Of a DNA stretch of 35,909 bases, positions 33,020-35,909 are shown in pieces. The position numbers and the translations under genes are program-made. The notes beneath the pieces are model-generated. The model was not told where the DNA came from, searched no databases, and saw only the letters and a list, made by a program, of their open reading frames with translations. The DNA comes from Deltaproteobacteria bacterium (GTDB lineage Bacteria; Myxococcota_A; UBA796; UBA2385). Each line of letters begins with the position of its first letter. Within the stretch, counting starts at the first letter, position 1. Location of the stretch: positions 1-35,909 of the forward strand of contig JAERSX010000320.1 in NCBI GenBank assembly GCA_016845285.1, in the 5' to 3' direction.

Positions 33020-35035
33020 CTACCAGCTGTCCCCGCCGGAACCGCCGTAGGCTCCGATGTCGGCGGTCGTGCCGTCAGCGTCCAGCAGCGCGGGATCTCC
33101 GGCATCGATGGAGGGCGACACCGAGTGCAGACGGAGGTCCCAGGCGGCGGGGTCGGCGCTGCTGATGTCGGTGTAGACCGGGTCCTGGGCCAGGTTGCCG
33201 TCGGTGCCCACGGGGTCGTCCATGCCGCTCCAGGTGTCTGCGCCCTGGGCTGGCACGTTGGTGTAGGTCCAGCTCAGCGCGTCGAGCTCGGTCACGAGCA
33301 CCGCGCTGCCCGCGCCCTCCCCTCCACTGCTCGAGACACTGTTGTCGACGATGTTGAGGTGGGAGACGGTGGCGGTGCCTGGCTGCTTGTCCATGGAGCC
33401 CACGAAGAGTCCACCGCCGTGGGCGTCGGCCTCGCCCGTGGAGATGACCGCGTTGCCCACGACGTCTCCGAAGTGCAGATCGAGCGGCTGGGAGAAGGTC
33501 CAGGCGTCGATGCCACCACCGCGGGCCGAGTCGAGCACGGCCTCGGCGGTGTTGCCCGCAGCGATGACCTGCTGGAGCGCGGGCGCGGAGTCCACCGGGT
33601 TGATGTGGACGCCCCCGCCGCGCGCGCCCCTGTAGCCGTAGATGTCGTTGCCGCGCAGGTCCACGTGCTCGAGCGCGGCGCCCTCGGTCAGGTACAGCCC
33701 CCCGCCAAAGGCGTAGCCGCTGTGGGAGGGGAGGGTCACCTCGGCGCGAAGGGTGTTGGCGTGGGCCGTGAGGTGGGTGACCGTGGCGCCCGGATCGTCG
33801 ACGTGCGCCGTGCCGTAGACGTAGCTGGCGGTCTGCGAGGTGGTGGTCAGGTCGTTGTCGCTGAGATCCAGCGCAGCCCAGGTGCTCTCGAGCTCGGTCT
33901 CGGACCAGCCCACCAGCGAGAGCACCCCGTACGAAGTGGCCGACTCGGGGGAGCTGAGGCTCACGCTGCAGCCCGTCACGCTCAGCCCGCTGACCGTGGC
34001 GGCGGCGCCGGACACGCGGGCGAACCACCCTTGCTGCTGCGCCGACTCGGTGCAGGCCAGACCGAGGTGGCTGTCGGTCATCGACAGGTCGCTGCCCGTC
34101 AGCGCGCCACCGTCGAGGAACAGCACGCCTCCCGTCGCGTAGCAGGAGCTGGGCTCGCCGACGCTGCTGACATCGAATTCACTCACCTCGAGACCCATGA
34201 GGTCGAGATCCGACTCGGTGGAGTAGATCAAGCCCCCTTCCGTGCCGAGGGAGCCTTCGGCTGAGCCCTGCTCGTAGGTGATCGTCACGTCCGAGACGGA
34301 GATCTCCACCAGCGACAAGGTCGCTGAGCTGGCACGCACGAGCAGGCCCCGGAGGTCGCCCCCGTCGCGGAGCACCGCGCTGTGCCCGGTGAACACCAGG
34401 TCTTCGAGATGTGCCTCGCTCCCGGCCAGCCTCAGCAGGCCCCCTTCGATGGGGTCTCCCTGGGTCACCTCGGCTCGATCGATGCCGGTCACCGTGAACC
34501 CTCGGAGCGTCAGGGCCCCGACCTGTGAGTCATCGACCACCCCCTCGTCGTCCAGGTTGTCCACGGTGAGCAGGGGCAGCTCGCCGGCCAGGTCGAGGGT
34601 GGTCTCGGCCGGGCCCGCACGGCCCGTGATCGTCAGGGTCCGGCCAGTCAGGTCGAGGCGCTCGGCGTAGGTGCCCGGCTCCACACAGATCTCGGAGCCC
34701 TGTCCGACAGCGTCGACGGCATCCTGCAGCGTGGCGTAGGTGGAGGGCACGGTGTGCCGGTCGATGCTGCCGTCGCAGTCATTGTCCACGCCGTCGCAGC
34801 CGACCTCGTCCGCATCTGGGTGCACGGCGGGGTCGGTGTCGTCGCAGTCGGTCTCCTGGTCGAAGCCGTCGCCGTCGGCATCGAGCGGCCCCGCGGTACC
34901 GCCCGTGTCGTCCGCTGAGGCCGTGTCAGCGGTGTCCGATGGCTCCGGGGACTCTGGGACGGCGCCCCCTCCACCCTGCTCCTTGTCCCCGCAGGCCACG
35001 AGGGCGAGGCAGAACAACAGGGGTCTCGGGCGCAC
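33020..35035 (-). CDS. Lipoprotein with a Cys-rich putative metal-binding motif and a right-handed parallel beta-helix-like body
   Basis: GTG 35035 with GAGGAGGA upstream, and the signal MRPRPLLFCLALVACG. The Cys-rich motif reads DCDDTDPAVHPDADEVGCDGVDNDCDG. A long Gly/Ser/Thr/Asp-rich repetitive region has recurring GGG(L/I/V) turns. Confidence 0.7.
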   Translation of the reverse strand: MRPRPLLFCLALVACGDKEQGGGGAVPESPEPSDTADTASADDTGGTAGPLDADGDGFDQETDCDDTDPAVHPDADEVGCDGVDNDCDGSIDRHTVPSTYATLQDAVDAVGQGSEICVEPGTYAERLDLTGRTLTITGRAGPAETTLDLAGELPLLTVDNLDDEGVVDDSQVGALTLRGFTVTGIDRAEVTQGDPIEGGLLRLAGSEAHLEDLVFTGHSAVLRDGGDLRGLLVRASSATLSLVEISVSDVTITYEQGSAEGSLGTEGGLIYSTESDLDLMGLEVSEFDVSSVGEPSSCYATGGVLFLDGGALTGSDLSMTDSHLGLACTESAQQQGWFARVSGAAATVSGLSVTGCSVSLSSPESATSYGVLSLVGWSETELESTWAALDLSDNDLTTTSQTASYVYGTAHVDDPGATVTHLTAHANTLRAEVTLPSHSGYAFGGGLYLTEGAALEHVDLRGNDIYGYRGARGGGVHINPVDSAPALQQVIAAGNTAEAVLDSARGGGIDAWTFSQPLDLHFGDVVGNAVISTGEADAHGGGLFVGSMDKQPGTATVSHLNIVDNSVSSSGGEGAGSAVLVTELDALSWTYTNVPAQGADTWSGMDDPVGTDGNLAQDPVYTDISSADPAAWDLRLHSVSPSIDAGDPALLDADGTTADIGAYGGSGGDSW

Positions 35036-35117
35036 GGGAATCCTCCTCGAGGCCCAGAGTAGTCTCAGCCACCGCCGCCGCGGGCGCTACCCGGCGGTCC
35101 GCTCCAGGCACACCACC

Positions 35118-35909
35118 TCAGTCGGGGACGCGGTCCTGGTAGACCGCGGCTCGCTCCTCAAGCCACGCGTACAGATACTCTTTCTCTTCTTCGTAGTCGG
35201 TCCAGTCGTTGTACGAGTTGCGAGAACCCGCCCAGCCCGAGTAGCTGCGGTAGGCATCGCCCCAGCGATCCCAGTCCCGGGCCGCGGCCTCGTCGATCTC
35301 CTCGTAGTAGCCATCGACCTGGGCCAGCATCCATACCAACTCAAAGGGGCCGTCTGTGCGCATGGATCTGAAGCGATCCCAGAGAGCCTCTTCACTCGAA
35401 GACACGCCCTGGATGGCCTTGAAAACCCGATTTGTGCTCTCGTACTCGTTGATGTCGTCGACGTCGATGCGCAGGGTGTACCAGTTCTGCCCCCAGGCGT
35501 GGTTGAAGTCCCAGGGCACGTACCGCCACGTGTCTTCGCTTGGGTCATGGTACAGGTAGCTGTTCTTTCCGGCCGAGTCTTCGCTGAGCGAGTAGGAGAC
35601 CAGGAGGAACCAGTCCATCCACTCCTCGAGGCTGAAGTGGTCGCTCGCGTTGGCCACGAGCTGGGCATCCGAGCTTCCGCCCGTGAAGGCGACCAGCTCC
35701 TCCAGATCGCTGAAGTCGGTCGATGGCTCGCCTTCCTTCTTTTCGTAGCCCGACGAGAGCGAGCTCTTCGCGTTGCCCGAGGTATCGGTGAGGTAGAAGT
35801 TGGCGTTGTGGTTGACCGCCTTGTACAGGTTGCCCGAGCTGTCGAAGCCCATGTGACGGATGAACTCGTTGTCCGGGCGGTCCAGTCCGATGAACAGGCC
35901 GTTGTAGAC
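35118..35909 (-). CDS. CotH family protein (third paralogue); N-terminus lies beyond the right window edge
   Basis: The frame is open from 35909 (VYNGLFIGLDRPDNEFIRHMGFDSSGNLYK...) to TGA at 35118. Motifs read: AGKNSYLY and VPWDFNHAWGQNW. It aligns by eye with the C-terminal half of the 22257..24371 product. Confidence 0.8.
   Translation of the reverse strand, partial: VYNGLFIGLDRPDNEFIRHMGFDSSGNLYKAVNHNANFYLTDTSGNAKSSLSSGYEKKEGEPSTDFSDLEELVAFTGGSSDAQLVANASDHFSLEEWMDWFLLVSYSLSEDSAGKNSYLYHDPSEDTWRYVPWDFNHAWGQNWYTLRIDVDDINEYESTNRVFKAIQGVSSSEEALWDRFRSMRTDGPFELVWMLAQVDGYYEEIDEAAARDWDRWGDAYRSYSGWAGSRNSYNDWTDYEEEKEYLYAWLEERAAVYQDRVPD

Overview
This is a 35.9-kb, high-GC, gene-dense bacterial chromosomal segment with about 24 CDS. 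I saw no rRNA, tRNA, CRISPR array, transposase or integrase. The lineage is probably Myxococcota. One protein ends in a GGCGC-hydrophobic-RRRR tail resembling MYXO-CTERM. More than half of the proteins carry lipoprotein signal peptides followed by Asp/Gly/Ser/Thr-rich linkers, and Cys-rich DNDCDG-type motifs are present.

Content from left to right:
(1) A minus-strand single-module PKS-like megasynthase of more than 2,200 aa, with domain order FAAL-ACP-KS-AT-ACP-aminotransferase-TE start. It is missing from the ORF track because its stop lies off-window. A His-box membrane lipid desaturase-like gene (CarF/PEDS1/FAD4-like) is transcribed divergently from it.
(2) A hypothetical lipoprotein and an extremely acidic, roughly three-quarters Asp/Glu lipoprotein.
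(3) A translationally coupled operon: small lipoprotein, 11-heme c-type cytochrome lipoprotein, beta-propeller lipoprotein.
(4) An alpha/beta-hydrolase lipoprotein.
(5) TetR, methylmalonyl-CoA mutase small and large subunits, an inverted DUF2141 gene, and the MeaB GTPase.
(6) A roughly 15-kb accessory supercluster that I consider the most interesting part. It holds three exported CotH-kinase-family proteins, three lamin-tail-domain (LTD) lipoproteins and a head-to-head pair of paralogous secreted propeller-like proteins. Its core is a stop/start-overlapping operon encoding an orphan HlyD-type membrane-fusion protein, a VTC/TTM polyphosphate-polymerase-like protein and a DUF4956 membrane protein. 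An M20 peptidase and a parallel beta-helix lipoprotein are also there.

All calls come from reading translated motifs by eye. No database search was possible. Many long ORFs in the track are antisense or out-of-frame artefacts of high GC and were rejected.
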